Positions 20,144 to 28,970 are shown, counted from the stretch's first letter. The stretch is 64,000 nucleotides of DNA from Deltaproteobacteria bacterium (GCA_020349945.1 CP070704.1:509700-573699); one strand, 5' to 3'. Translations and numbers: made by a program. The notes: generated from the letters alone by a model not told the origin.

Positions 20144-21049
20144 ATGAACATAAACGGGCTGAGAATTATGGAGCCATCTTTACTGAAATCATTAAAATTA
20201 CTGAGGGAGACTAAAGAGGTAGTAAGCGAAGAAGACCTTGCCGAGAGGATTAAGGAAGACCACGGCTATGTTAAAAAGGCCCTCAAGAAACTAGTTGAAG
20301 GAAAAATCATAACTAAGAATGGGGAGCTTTATAGATACCACGAGACCTCAGGTAATGAAGAATTCTTTAAGAAACTGCAGGCCGTCTATGAAAAGGCCAT
20401 CAAAAGGCCCAGGATAGAATTGATTGTGAGAGGTCTGCTATCTGATACTGAACAATCGTATCCATATCAATGTTACAGGAACAGGGTCGTGTTGTTGAAA
20501 GATGGATTTGCTATACCTTACCTGTTTCGCCTGAAAACGTTACTAAAATTATTGGAGGATGAAGGGTTCGACTCTGAAGAGATAGATGGCTTTCTCAAAG
20601 AAGAGATAGAAAAGGGCTGGATGGGAAGGGTTGAATTTTACCTCGGTAGTAAAGACAAGATATCCTCACCGTTTCCGCCTTGTATGCCCTTTTACTGCCT
20701 TTGGTTCGAGGAAGGGAGCAGGATTAGAATGTATGGAAGAATTCGAGAAATGGAGCTTGTGGTCGTCTACCACGGGAAACGGATATCCACTCTTGCTGCC
20801 TACCTCTCTAAGATCAAGCAAATGAGTTTAGAAGAGTTGGAAGAGTATAAAAGGCTATTTAGGGAAAGATGGAGAAGCTTGGGGTGGTCTATGCAAGAAG
20901 AAGAGTACCTGGTGGGTGAATATCCCCTTGAATTAGCCAATCCTGCCAAAGAGTACTTGGTTAGAGAAAAGCCGGAGATAGGAAAGAAGATCTCAGATGA
21001 GGCGTTTCACAGGTGGTTTACATCTAAGGCTTATTCTAAAGGACGATGA
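20144..21049 (+). CDS. hypothetical protein with N-terminal winged-helix domain
   Basis: 301 aa. The N-terminal 70 aa look like a TrmB/MarR-type wHTH (LLRETKEVVSEEDLAERI...KKLVEGKIITKNGELYRY). I recognise nothing in the remainder. Confidence 0.5.
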   Translation: MNINGLRIMEPSLLKSLKLLRETKEVVSEEDLAERIKEDHGYVKKALKKLVEGKIITKNGELYRYHETSGNEEFFKKLQAVYEKAIKRPRIELIVRGLLSDTEQSYPYQCYRNRVVLLKDGFAIPYLFRLKTLLKLLEDEGFDSEEIDGFLKEEIEKGWMGRVEFYLGSKDKISSPFPPCMPFYCLWFEEGSRIRMYGRIREMELVVVYHGKRISTLAAYLSKIKQMSLEELEEYKRLFRERWRSLGWSMQEEEYLVGEYPLELANPAKEYLVREKPEIGKKISDEAFHRWFTSKAYSKGR

Positions 21050-21183
21050 CCCTCCTTACAGGATTTAGCTTTCTCTTGACAATGGCTGATACGCTCTGGG
21101 ATAAGAATACCATTCAGAATAACCTCCATCCGGGAGGATAGATAAGACAAAGGCGAAAATTGATATTCAGAAAGGAGGCTACC

Positions 21184-21756
21184 ATGGAAAAAAACAAAAT
21201 CGGTGCAAAGCCCTTGCTGTATCCCATGCCCACCACATTGGTTGGAGCCAACGTGAGTGGTAAGCCGAACTACCTGGTCATTGCCTATTGTAATATTGTG
21301 AACTACAATCCTCCCCTCATCTCGGTATCCCTTCTTAAGAACCACTATACGCTCCTTGGGATCAAGGAAAACCGCACCTTCAGTGTCAATATCCCCTCAG
21401 CGGAGATGGTAAAAACCGTTGATTACTGTGGCCTGGTATCCGGCCACAAAGTGGACAAGTCCAAGCTCTTTAATACCTTCTACGGCGCACTCAAAACCGC
21501 TCCAATGATTGAAGAGTGTCCGCTTAATCTGGAATGCAAGCTCGTCAGGACCCTCGAATTCCCGGAAAACGAGGCTTTTATCGGGGAAATTGTCGAGGCA
21601 TACGCAGAGCAACGATACCTAACCAATGCCCTGCCGGACATCAAGAAGTTGGATCCCATCATATTCTCCTCGCACGACTATAACTATTGGAAGGTTGGAG
21701 AAAATCTCGCCAGGGCATTTCATGTGGGAAAGGAGCTCATATCAGAGAACGAGTAG
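21184..21756 (+). CDS. flavin reductase-like FMN-binding protein
   Basis: Split-barrel flavin reductase pattern (YPMPTTLVG...GKPN...SVSL...HYT...I). ATG 21184 follows AAAGGAGG. Confidence 0.8.
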   Translation: MEKNKIGAKPLLYPMPTTLVGANVSGKPNYLVIAYCNIVNYNPPLISVSLLKNHYTLLGIKENRTFSVNIPSAEMVKTVDYCGLVSGHKVDKSKLFNTFYGALKTAPMIEECPLNLECKLVRTLEFPENEAFIGEIVEAYAEQRYLTNALPDIKKLDPIIFSSHDYNYWKVGENLARAFHVGKELISENE

Positions 21757-21762
21757 AAAAAA

Positions 21763-21787
21763 GGAGGCCTTTGTGCCAAAGGCCTCC
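21763..21787. terminator. bidirectional stem-loop terminator between convergent genes
   Basis: Perfect 11-bp stem GGAGGCCTTTG / CAAAGGCCTCC with loop TGC, an A-run upstream and a T-rich tail downstream. Confidence 0.7.
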
Positions 21788-21849
21788 TCTGTAAACTGGG
21801 GGTTAAGGAATTTCTCCGTGGGCCTTATTGCTCCGTTCTACCCCTGACC

Positions 21850-23256
21850 TCAACTCACCAACTCATCGCTAATGAGCAAAGAGCAGAGGGTCATGTTCTG
21901 TGCCCCGATATTGCCGGTTGGAGCAAACATTTGCTCACCCCAGGCCCCGGCATTTCCTGTGATAGCAGGACGCCCGAGCAGGCCCATGATCTTATCGAAG
22001 TTTTCTTCCGTCTTGCCCTCTTTGGTCTGGAGGATAGTCAGGCGCTCTACACAGTTGAACCCGACCATGGCCGACACTTTGCTCATCCCCTCATAATTCA
22101 AGGCCCATTTAAGGCTCTTGATGTTGTCCTCGATGACCGTATCTGGAGTAGCCTCGAGCAGGTGAACCGTGGTGCCGAGTGGGGTAATACCACCTACACC
22201 CAGTCCATTCTTTTCCTTGATGTACATAAAGGGATCTTTGATCCAGATCCACTCGGGAAAGATGTGCTCTTGCACACCGATGGGGTTCCACTGGTTATAA
22301 GGAGGCATCCCCTTGGTCAGGATATGTTCTTCAGGGGCACCCGTCCAATCTAACCACACCTTTCCTGCAGGTTTCCCGTCGATCTCATAGATCTGGCGGA
22401 AGCCATCACCTCCGGTCACTATCCCAAATTTTCCAGCCACTGGCTTATAAGCAATGCCGCAACCATAACCCATCTTGACCGGGCCGGAAAAGACAGTGAT
22501 AACGATGGCATCGTTATAGGCCTTTCCGCCGAAGAAGAGCAACGATTTTCCCAATGATCCGTCATCCCCTGCGCAACCTCCGACCAACGGGGCCCAACCG
22601 ATCACGTCCTGTATCCCGTAAATCTCATAATCCACTACCCCCTGATAACCGTCATCCATCATCATGACTGAATAAGGGGCATGCTTGACCAGGGCTGGAC
22701 CTGGTTTTACCCTTCGGAGATCCTTCCAGGGGTTATAGTTCAGGTCCTTGATAGCGTCAAGCGTCGCCTTCTTGGCCGCTGCCCTGGGATCCGCCTTGCA
22801 GCCAGTGCCCAGGCCGATTCCAACCTTGAGATGATCGGACTGCAATAGGAGGACGGATACAGACTTGGGAAGGCAGCCGGCAGAACTGATGCTATAGCCA
22901 CCGCCATAACCTGTGGTCTGGCCAACCAGGCGGACGTCGTTACCAATGACGGAGATCACCCCAGCCAACACGCTGTCCAAATCCTTATAGGGCGGCGCCG
23001 CAAAAACGATCGCGAGGTCCGGCTTCTTGACCTTCTTTTTGGCCATCGCAGCCGCCTCGCTACCCGCCTTTTTGGGAGACGGATCAGTACTATAGCCATC
23101 GGCAGCCGAGACTATCCCTCCTCCTGCTGCCTCTGCCTGGGCTAGATCAAGGCCCGGGAGTCCGGCCATGCCCCCCATGAGCGCTGCGGTGCCAGCATAC
23201 TGAACCGTCTTCTTCATAAAATCTCTTCTACTTATCCCCTCTTCTAGCATTTTCAT
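21850..23256 (-). CDS. Tat-signal protein with FIST-like domains
   Basis: 468 aa with a twin-arginine motif (SRRDFMKK) plus an h-region ending AQAEA. The body resembles FIST_N/FIST_C (DLAIVFAAP, GQTTGYGGG). The family call is tentative. Confidence 0.45.
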   Translation of the reverse strand: MKMLEEGISRRDFMKKTVQYAGTAALMGGMAGLPGLDLAQAEAAGGGIVSAADGYSTDPSPKKAGSEAAAMAKKKVKKPDLAIVFAAPPYKDLDSVLAGVISVIGNDVRLVGQTTGYGGGYSISSAGCLPKSVSVLLLQSDHLKVGIGLGTGCKADPRAAAKKATLDAIKDLNYNPWKDLRRVKPGPALVKHAPYSVMMMDDGYQGVVDYEIYGIQDVIGWAPLVGGCAGDDGSLGKSLLFFGGKAYNDAIVITVFSGPVKMGYGCGIAYKPVAGKFGIVTGGDGFRQIYEIDGKPAGKVWLDWTGAPEEHILTKGMPPYNQWNPIGVQEHIFPEWIWIKDPFMYIKEKNGLGVGGITPLGTTVHLLEATPDTVIEDNIKSLKWALNYEGMSKVSAMVGFNCVERLTILQTKEGKTEENFDKIMGLLGRPAITGNAGAWGEQMFAPTGNIGAQNMTLCSLLISDELVS

Positions 23257-23798
23257 TTAGCTCCCTCCTTTCAATTAAAATTTACGTGTGTTTAATCCCC
23301 CAGTCAGCAGAAATCTGGCACAAGTGAGATTGTTTGTCAAGCAATTTCGGAATACTGTTATAATGAGAACCAAAGATGCACCTTTCACAGATCTAAATCC
23401 GACACAGTTGCAAGAGGGCTTTCTTCACGCGCAGGTTAACTCGCTCCTTGGAGGGCATCTGTGGAAATCATGTTCTGGTATAGCGACGAGTCGGTTTGGA
23501 TGGAAAAGCTCAGGAGCGAGGATTTGGATTTAGTCCACCTTTAAAATTTCACGAACAAATCATATTTTTTCCCTTGACATGTAATGGCTTTTTTGGTACG
23601 CGTGTACTTTATCTTTGTTACACATGCTTTTCCCACCATGTAACGGGTTCCCAATGGGATTGTGGATGGAGAGACGTCTCAAAATGTGCCTACCAGGCCC
23701 CTAACGGGGTATTCGCTGTTTCCGTTAGGGGGTAAGAAGCTTCTCAATAGTAATAATATCCAAACACCGTAAGTTATGTGCAGGACCTGCCTAATAAT

Positions 23799-23820
23799 TC
23801 GGCATGAGACGACATGCCGA
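23799..23820 (+). promoter_or_regulatory. perfect 8-bp hairpin in the leader of the FeS-AOR operon
   Basis: TCGGCATG-AGACGA-CATGCCGA, ending 83 nt upstream of the FeS gene start. Confidence 0.3.
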
Positions 23821-23902
23821 GCATTATCAGGGGTGAAAAAGCGCGATTCAGGGAAAAAGTAAGTCGTTTCTGCAATAACGAAAACGAAAAGGAGGTGCAG
23901 CC

Positions 23903-24640
23903 ATGATTGATCCGAAGAAAATGGGAAAAAAGGAGGAATCGGATCTCAAAGAGAAGATCACAAACCCCACACGGCGGGACTTTGTGAAGGGAATGGCTAT
24001 CGGCGCAGGTGCCTTAGCCTTAAGTCCCCTCCTGCGCAGTCGGGCAGAGGCAATAGACTACGATAACTTTGCCATCAAACAGGCCCTCCGGGGCGAGAAG
24101 GTCGGAGCGGGACGAGTCTCTCACGATTACCGGCTGTGTGTGGGATGCCGGGTCTGTGAGATGACCTGTGCCTATTACAACCAGAAGGAAATCAATCCAT
24201 TTAAGTCTCGCATCAAGATTTACACCTATCAGCCCGAGGTCTGGGTGGGTGTCGTGTGCACACAGTGTGGGGATAGGCCCTGCATGAACGCCTGTCCGGT
24301 AGAGCCCGATAAGGATGGCAGGAGGGCACTGTACGAAGACCCCAAGGGCAAAGGCCTGGCTGTTGACCGTGATAGGTGTATCCAATGTGGGCAATGCGTG
24401 GGAGCCTGCGCAGCACAGAGGAACAGCAGTCTCAGAATGACCGAGGAGAATTATCCCGACGGGTGCACCCTATGCGGTGGGGACCCACAGTGCGTCAAGA
24501 AGTGCCCCCAAGCTGCCCTTTCGATCTTACCTCGCACGACCGATGGGAAGTATGCAGCTAAACCAGCCGACATTATGGCAGCTGAGGCTATTGAAACCCT
24601 TTATGGGGGACCAAAGACCATCGTGGATAATTGGAAATAG
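23903..24640 (+). CDS. Tat-signal four-cluster 4Fe-4S ferredoxin-type subunit (NrfC/HybA/DmsB-like)
   Basis: TRRDFVKG twin-arginine signal. Four Cys groups: CVGCRVCEMTC, CTQCGDRPCMNACP, CIQCGQCVGAC and CTLCGGDPQCVKKCP. Confidence 0.85.
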   Translation: MIDPKKMGKKEESDLKEKITNPTRRDFVKGMAIGAGALALSPLLRSRAEAIDYDNFAIKQALRGEKVGAGRVSHDYRLCVGCRVCEMTCAYYNQKEINPFKSRIKIYTYQPEVWVGVVCTQCGDRPCMNACPVEPDKDGRRALYEDPKGKGLAVDRDRCIQCGQCVGACAAQRNSSLRMTEENYPDGCTLCGGDPQCVKKCPQAALSILPRTTDGKYAAKPADIMAAEAIETLYGGPKTIVDNWK

Positions 24641-24678
24641 ACCGATACCCACCACATGAAGAAAGGAGGTAAAGAGAG

Positions 24679-26460
24679 ATGGCTGGAGGATATGTAGGAA
24701 AGATCTTGGAGGTCGATCTGACTACCAAGACAATCAAGAAGACACCGTTGAATACGAAAGATGCGGAGATGTTCATCGGTGGAAGGGGCTTAGGGGCCAA
24801 GCTTCTCTGGGATCGAACCAAGCCGGGAGGACACTACCTGGATCCTGATACCCCGATCTGCTACATGAGCGGCCCGGTGAATGGTCTTCCGGCGCCGGGT
24901 GCTGCTCGACTGACCATCGTGACCAGGTCTGCATCGACGTTTCCCAAGAGCAATTCCAAACACACTGGTATCGTCCATACCAATTGTGGCGGTCGCTGGA
25001 CCCCGGAGCTGAAGTTTGCCGGATACGATGCCGTGATCGTCACCGGGGCCTCTGCTAGCCCGGTTGGCATTGCGATTGAAAACGACGATGTGAAGATCGT
25101 ACCTGCGGGTAAGTACTGGGGCATGGGTACCTATGACTTACAAGATGCCCTGGATGCGGACTTTGGTCGGCGCTATCAGACCGTCTACATCGGGCCGGCA
25201 GGAGAAAATTTGGTCAGGTACGCCAATATCCTGACGGAGATCCACCACGCCTGTGGCAGGGGTGGAAGCGGTGCGGTCATGGGTTCCAAGAAGCTCAAAT
25301 TCATCACCGTAAGAGGGACTAATGGTCTTTCCATCGACAATATGAGGACCTGGCAGGCTGCCAATAAAAAGGCGTGGGACGAGGTTATGTCCAGTGGCGG
25401 CTATAATGAATGGAAACGGTTGGGCACTGGCATGGTGGTGACCGGATCCAGCGACTGGGGCTCCGAGGCCGTGTATAACTTCAAGGAAGGCACCTACGTG
25501 TACGCCGATGATATAAGCACGGAGAAGGCGCTCAGGAACCTCTGGGTCGGTAATCACGCATGCTTCATGTGTCCCCTCGCCTGCCTGCACAGGGGCGTGG
25601 TCCGAAAAGGTCGTTTCTCCGGGATGACCCATGATGGTCCTGAGTATGAGGGTGTCATGATGGGCGCCAACTGTGGCGTCAGGGACCTTGCCGGGTGGCA
25701 GGCCAACATTGCAGCGGCCGATGACTATGGCCTCTGTTATATCTCCATGGGCAATGTGATCGGCTTCGTCATGGAATGCTTTGAGAAGGGCGTCATCACC
25801 GCAGCAGACCTGGATGGCATCTCGCTGAAATGGGGCGATGTGGATGCGATGCTTGAGATCCAGAAGAAGGTGGCCTATGGCACTGGTTGTGGAAAGCTTC
25901 TGGGCCAGAACCTGCGAGCCCTGGTAGCGGCATGGGGCAAAGGCTGTGGAGACTACGCCATGGAGACCAAGGGCCAGGGATTCGCGGCCTGGAATGTGAG
26001 GGCCTTAAAGGGCTTTGAAACCACCTATGCCACTGCCAACCGGGGGGCCGATCATCTCGAGGGCGTTGATATCTCTATCCAGAACACGCGGATAATGAAC
26101 GACGCCCTTGGCATCTGCCTCTTTCAGCAACTCTGTGGGCTCACACCTGAGACCATGAAGGATCTGCTCAATGCAACTACCGGTTACAGGCTCGGCATGG
26201 ACGATTACTGGAAGACTGCGGAGCGCCTGTTTACCTTGGAGCGGAGCTTCAACGTGCGTGAGGGCTTTAGCAGGGATGACGACACTATCCCTCCACGAGC
26301 GTTTAAGGAAGCCCTGTCCGTTGGGGCCGCCAAAGGGGCCATCCTGAACTATAAGGACTTCAACCAGCTGTTGGATAAGTACTATAAGGATCGGGGCTGG
26401 GATAACAAGGGTATTCCCACAAAGGCCCGATTGAGCGAGTTAGGGTTGGATTTCGTTTAG
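24679..26460 (+). CDS. aldehyde:ferredoxin oxidoreductase family tungstoenzyme (AOR-1)
   Basis: 593 aa. AOR N-terminal domain (KILEVDLT, GGRGLGAKLLW) and the AOR alpha-helical domains. No signal peptide of its own. Confidence 0.9.
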   Translation: MAGGYVGKILEVDLTTKTIKKTPLNTKDAEMFIGGRGLGAKLLWDRTKPGGHYLDPDTPICYMSGPVNGLPAPGAARLTIVTRSASTFPKSNSKHTGIVHTNCGGRWTPELKFAGYDAVIVTGASASPVGIAIENDDVKIVPAGKYWGMGTYDLQDALDADFGRRYQTVYIGPAGENLVRYANILTEIHHACGRGGSGAVMGSKKLKFITVRGTNGLSIDNMRTWQAANKKAWDEVMSSGGYNEWKRLGTGMVVTGSSDWGSEAVYNFKEGTYVYADDISTEKALRNLWVGNHACFMCPLACLHRGVVRKGRFSGMTHDGPEYEGVMMGANCGVRDLAGWQANIAAADDYGLCYISMGNVIGFVMECFEKGVITAADLDGISLKWGDVDAMLEIQKKVAYGTGCGKLLGQNLRALVAAWGKGCGDYAMETKGQGFAAWNVRALKGFETTYATANRGADHLEGVDISIQNTRIMNDALGICLFQQLCGLTPETMKDLLNATTGYRLGMDDYWKTAERLFTLERSFNVREGFSRDDDTIPPRAFKEALSVGAAKGAILNYKDFNQLLDKYYKDRGWDNKGIPTKARLSELGLDFV

Positions 26461-26494
26461 TATCTGATCCCCTTCAGGCGAGTCTTGACTAACG

Positions 26495-26532
26495 TAAAGG
26501 TCCCGGGTAATCCCCGGGACCTTTACTCTTTT
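26495..26532 (+). terminator. Rho-independent terminator after AOR-1
   Basis: 13-bp perfect stem TAAAGGTCCCGGG / CCCGGGACCTTTA, loop TAATC, followed by CTCTTTT. Confidence 0.75.
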
Positions 26533-26550
26533 ACCTTACTTCGGTATCTT

Positions 26551-26678
26551 CCCCCATTCTGCCTAAGCTTCAGATAGGTAAAGAACGTGCCCCAGAACCG
26601 GAAGGCCTGCCTGTGGAACCGCTTCCCAATCGCAGACCCAAAGAAAGGCCATCCCAATCTCCGATGATATCTCGCAAA
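26551..26678 (-). pseudogene. orphan 3'-end fragment of a ThiF/E1-like gene (direct-repeat copy A)
   Basis: 117/128 nt identical (hand alignment) to 28981-29108, the 3' end of the intact E1-like gene. It translates to ...RYHRRLGWPFFGSAIGKRFHRQAFRFWGTFFTYLKLRQNGG. Confidence 0.8.
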
Positions 26679-26845
26679 GGGGTGTGTTTGTGGATGACAT
26701 CAAGAGGTTCTTGAAAGAGGATATTCAAGAACCGGCCTATCATATAATTCACAATAGTTAGGAGGTGATATGGGGTCGCGAACATCATGAGCAAGTCATA
26801 GGCCTCTTTTGAAAAACCTTTAACCCGTATATGGAGGTATCAGAG

Positions 26846-28585
26846 ATGAGCAAAATCCTACGCGTCAACATGACGGATCTCACAGCAAGGTATCAGGATG
26901 TGCCCGTGAAGTACAAGCTCATGGGTGCGCGTTGGCTTACCTCGTCCATGGTGTCCGATGAGGTCGAGCCCACCTGCCACCCCCTGGGGCCTACCAATAA
27001 GTTGGTGTTTGCCCCGGGTATCGTTACTGGCACGGCCGCGCCTACCAGCGCCCGTATCTCGGTGGGCAGCAAGTCGCCACTGACCGGCACGATCAAGGAA
27101 TCCAATGCTGGCACCAAGTTCAGCCCCATGCTGGCCAAGCTGGGCATCAAGGCCGTCGTGGTGGAAGGCCAGCCCAAGGAGGGTATGTGGTACCTTCTGG
27201 AAGTCACCAAGGACGGCGCTCGACTCTTGCCAGCCACTGATCTGGCCGGCAAAGGGGCCTACGCCACCACTAACGCCCTGATCAAGAGGTACGGCAAAGT
27301 GGGTGTGTGCTGTATCGGCCTGGCCGGCGAGATGAAAATGGCCATGGCCGGCGTGTGCTTTAACGACCTGAGCGATCGCGCTAGTCGTTACTCGGGTCGC
27401 GGTGGGCTGGGGGCAGTGATGGGGACCAAGGGCCTTAAGGCCATGGTCGTGGACAACAAAGACGGCCCTGGCGTCAGTATCGCTAACCAAGAACTCTTCG
27501 GTCAGGGTTGCAAGAAACTAACCGAGGCCCTACAAACCCACGCCATAACCAAGCCCAAGGGGGCCCTAAACACTTACGGCACGGCGGTCTTGATCAACAT
27601 CCTGAACGAGGCCGGTGGTCTGCCCACCCGCAACTTCGCCAGCGGAACCTTTGAGGGCGCGCCCAAGATCGCCGGCGAGGCGATTTTCGAAGGCAACAAG
27701 CAGCGCCTGGGCAAGGAGCTTTACAACCACGCCTGCAGCCCTGGCTGCATCATCCAGTGCTCCAACACCTGGCATAACCCTGACGGCAGCGAACAGGTCT
27801 CCTGTCAGGAATACGAGTCAGTGTGGGCCTTTGGGGCCAACTGCGGCATCGATGATCTGGACGTGACTGCTGAGCTGATCCGTATCAGCAACGACCTGGG
27901 CGTTGACACCATTGAGTCCGGCGGCACCATCGCCGTGGCCATGGAGGGCGGCCTGGCCAAGTTCGGTGACGGGCAAAAGGCCATTGAGCTGATGCAGGAG
28001 ATCGGTAAGGGCACACCCCTGGGCCGCATCCTGGGGCAGGGTGCCGCCTTCACCGGCAGGGCCTTGGGGTTAGTCCGGGTGCCAGGAGTCAAAGGTCAGA
28101 ACATGCCTGCCTACTCCCCACGGGCGGTAAAAGGCATTGGCGTGACCTATATGACCAGCACCCAGGGAGCCGACCACACTATCGGCTACACCATCGCTCC
28201 GGAGATTCTCTCTGTGGGCGGCAAGGCTGATCCCTTGAGCCCTGAGGGGAAGGCTGAGTTGTCGCGTAACTTCCAGATAGCCACTGCCTTCCTGGACTCT
28301 ACTGGCTACTGCGTGTTCATTGCCTTCGCTATCCTGGATATCCCTAAAGGGTTTGAGGGGATGGTACAGAGCTGTGCCGCAGTGCTGGGGACTAACTGGA
28401 CGGCCGATGACGTAACCCGCATCGGCAAGGAGATCCTCAGGAAGGAGCGGGCCTTTAACGAGGCTGCCGGCTTCACCAGGGCGGATGACCGCCCCCCAGA
28501 GTTCATGCGCTATGAAGCACTCCCGCCCCACAACAAGCTCTGGGACATACCCAATAAGGCACTGGACAGCGTCTGGGATTTCTAG
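26846..28585 (+). CDS. aldehyde:ferredoxin oxidoreductase family tungstoenzyme (AOR-2)
   Basis: About 580 aa of classical AOR layout (KILRVNMTDL, SVGSKSPLTG, GGLGAVMG). Visibly GC3-rich. ATG 26846 follows GGAGG. Confidence 0.9.
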   Translation: MSKILRVNMTDLTARYQDVPVKYKLMGARWLTSSMVSDEVEPTCHPLGPTNKLVFAPGIVTGTAAPTSARISVGSKSPLTGTIKESNAGTKFSPMLAKLGIKAVVVEGQPKEGMWYLLEVTKDGARLLPATDLAGKGAYATTNALIKRYGKVGVCCIGLAGEMKMAMAGVCFNDLSDRASRYSGRGGLGAVMGTKGLKAMVVDNKDGPGVSIANQELFGQGCKKLTEALQTHAITKPKGALNTYGTAVLINILNEAGGLPTRNFASGTFEGAPKIAGEAIFEGNKQRLGKELYNHACSPGCIIQCSNTWHNPDGSEQVSCQEYESVWAFGANCGIDDLDVTAELIRISNDLGVDTIESGGTIAVAMEGGLAKFGDGQKAIELMQEIGKGTPLGRILGQGAAFTGRALGLVRVPGVKGQNMPAYSPRAVKGIGVTYMTSTQGADHTIGYTIAPEILSVGGKADPLSPEGKAELSRNFQIATAFLDSTGYCVFIAFAILDIPKGFEGMVQSCAAVLGTNWTADDVTRIGKEILRKERAFNEAAGFTRADDRPPEFMRYEALPPHNKLWDIPNKALDSVWDF

Positions 28586-28601
28586 CCTGGAGCCGGATAT
28601 T

Positions 28602-28637
28602 GGAGCGGGGATCGGTTTAAGCTCCAATCCCCGCTCC
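28602..28637 (+). terminator. stem-loop between AOR-2 and the beta-grasp gene (terminator/attenuator candidate)
   Basis: 11-bp stem GGAGCGGGGAT / ATCCCCGCTCC. A competing 7-bp pairing is TTGGAGC / GCTCCAA. Only a weak T tract follows. Confidence 0.35.
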
Positions 28638-28653
28638 CTTTGTGAGGACGAAC

Positions 28654-28959
28654 ATGATCGAGATTTACCTCTACGGCAAGCTACGACGCTTTGCTAGAGA
28701 TCAGGACCCCACCGGGTATTCCGTCGTCCATAGCATAGTGCAAGCGGGGGACAGCATCCAAGGTGTGCTAAAGCGTCTGGGTATCCCTATGGAAGAGGTG
28801 GGGAGGAACATCTTCCTCAACCGGCAATACTCTGCCCTGACGAGACGTGTCAAGGATGGCGACCGCCTGGCGGTGTTCCCGGACAACATGCAGCTGCTGT
28901 ATAGCTGGTATTTTGTGAAAGTGGGTGAGGACCATGAGGTTAAGAAAGATAAATCCTAA
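28654..28959 (+). CDS. ThiS/MoaD-superfamily beta-grasp protein (Ub-Mut7C-like), no C-terminal Gly-Gly
   Basis: IEIYLYGKLRRF...GIPMEEVGRNIFLNRQ...VKDGDRLAVFP matches the beta-grasp pattern. A 25-aa tail follows and ends KKDKS rather than GG. Confidence 0.6.
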   Translation: MIEIYLYGKLRRFARDQDPTGYSVVHSIVQAGDSIQGVLKRLGIPMEEVGRNIFLNRQYSALTRRVKDGDRLAVFPDNMQLLYSWYFVKVGEDHEVKKDKS

Positions 28960-28970
28960 TATATCCCCTG

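Noticed and set aside
23257-23902. Moco/Wco riboswitch or sigma54 promoter in the 650-bp region upstream of the FeS-AOR operon.
   Set aside because: TGGCAC occurs at about 23313, but the GG-N10-GC spacing fails. I do not see the conserved Moco-motif sequences. Only an 8-bp hairpin (23799-23820) is reported as a feature.
26858-27490. 210-aa antisense ORF inside AOR-2. Similar long antisense ORFs occur at 28070-28627, 26893-27252 and 27805-28092.
   Set aside because: They lie opposite a strongly supported, GC3-rich AOR gene. Their Arg/Gly/Ala/His-rich low-complexity composition is typical of spurious ORFs in GC-rich DNA.
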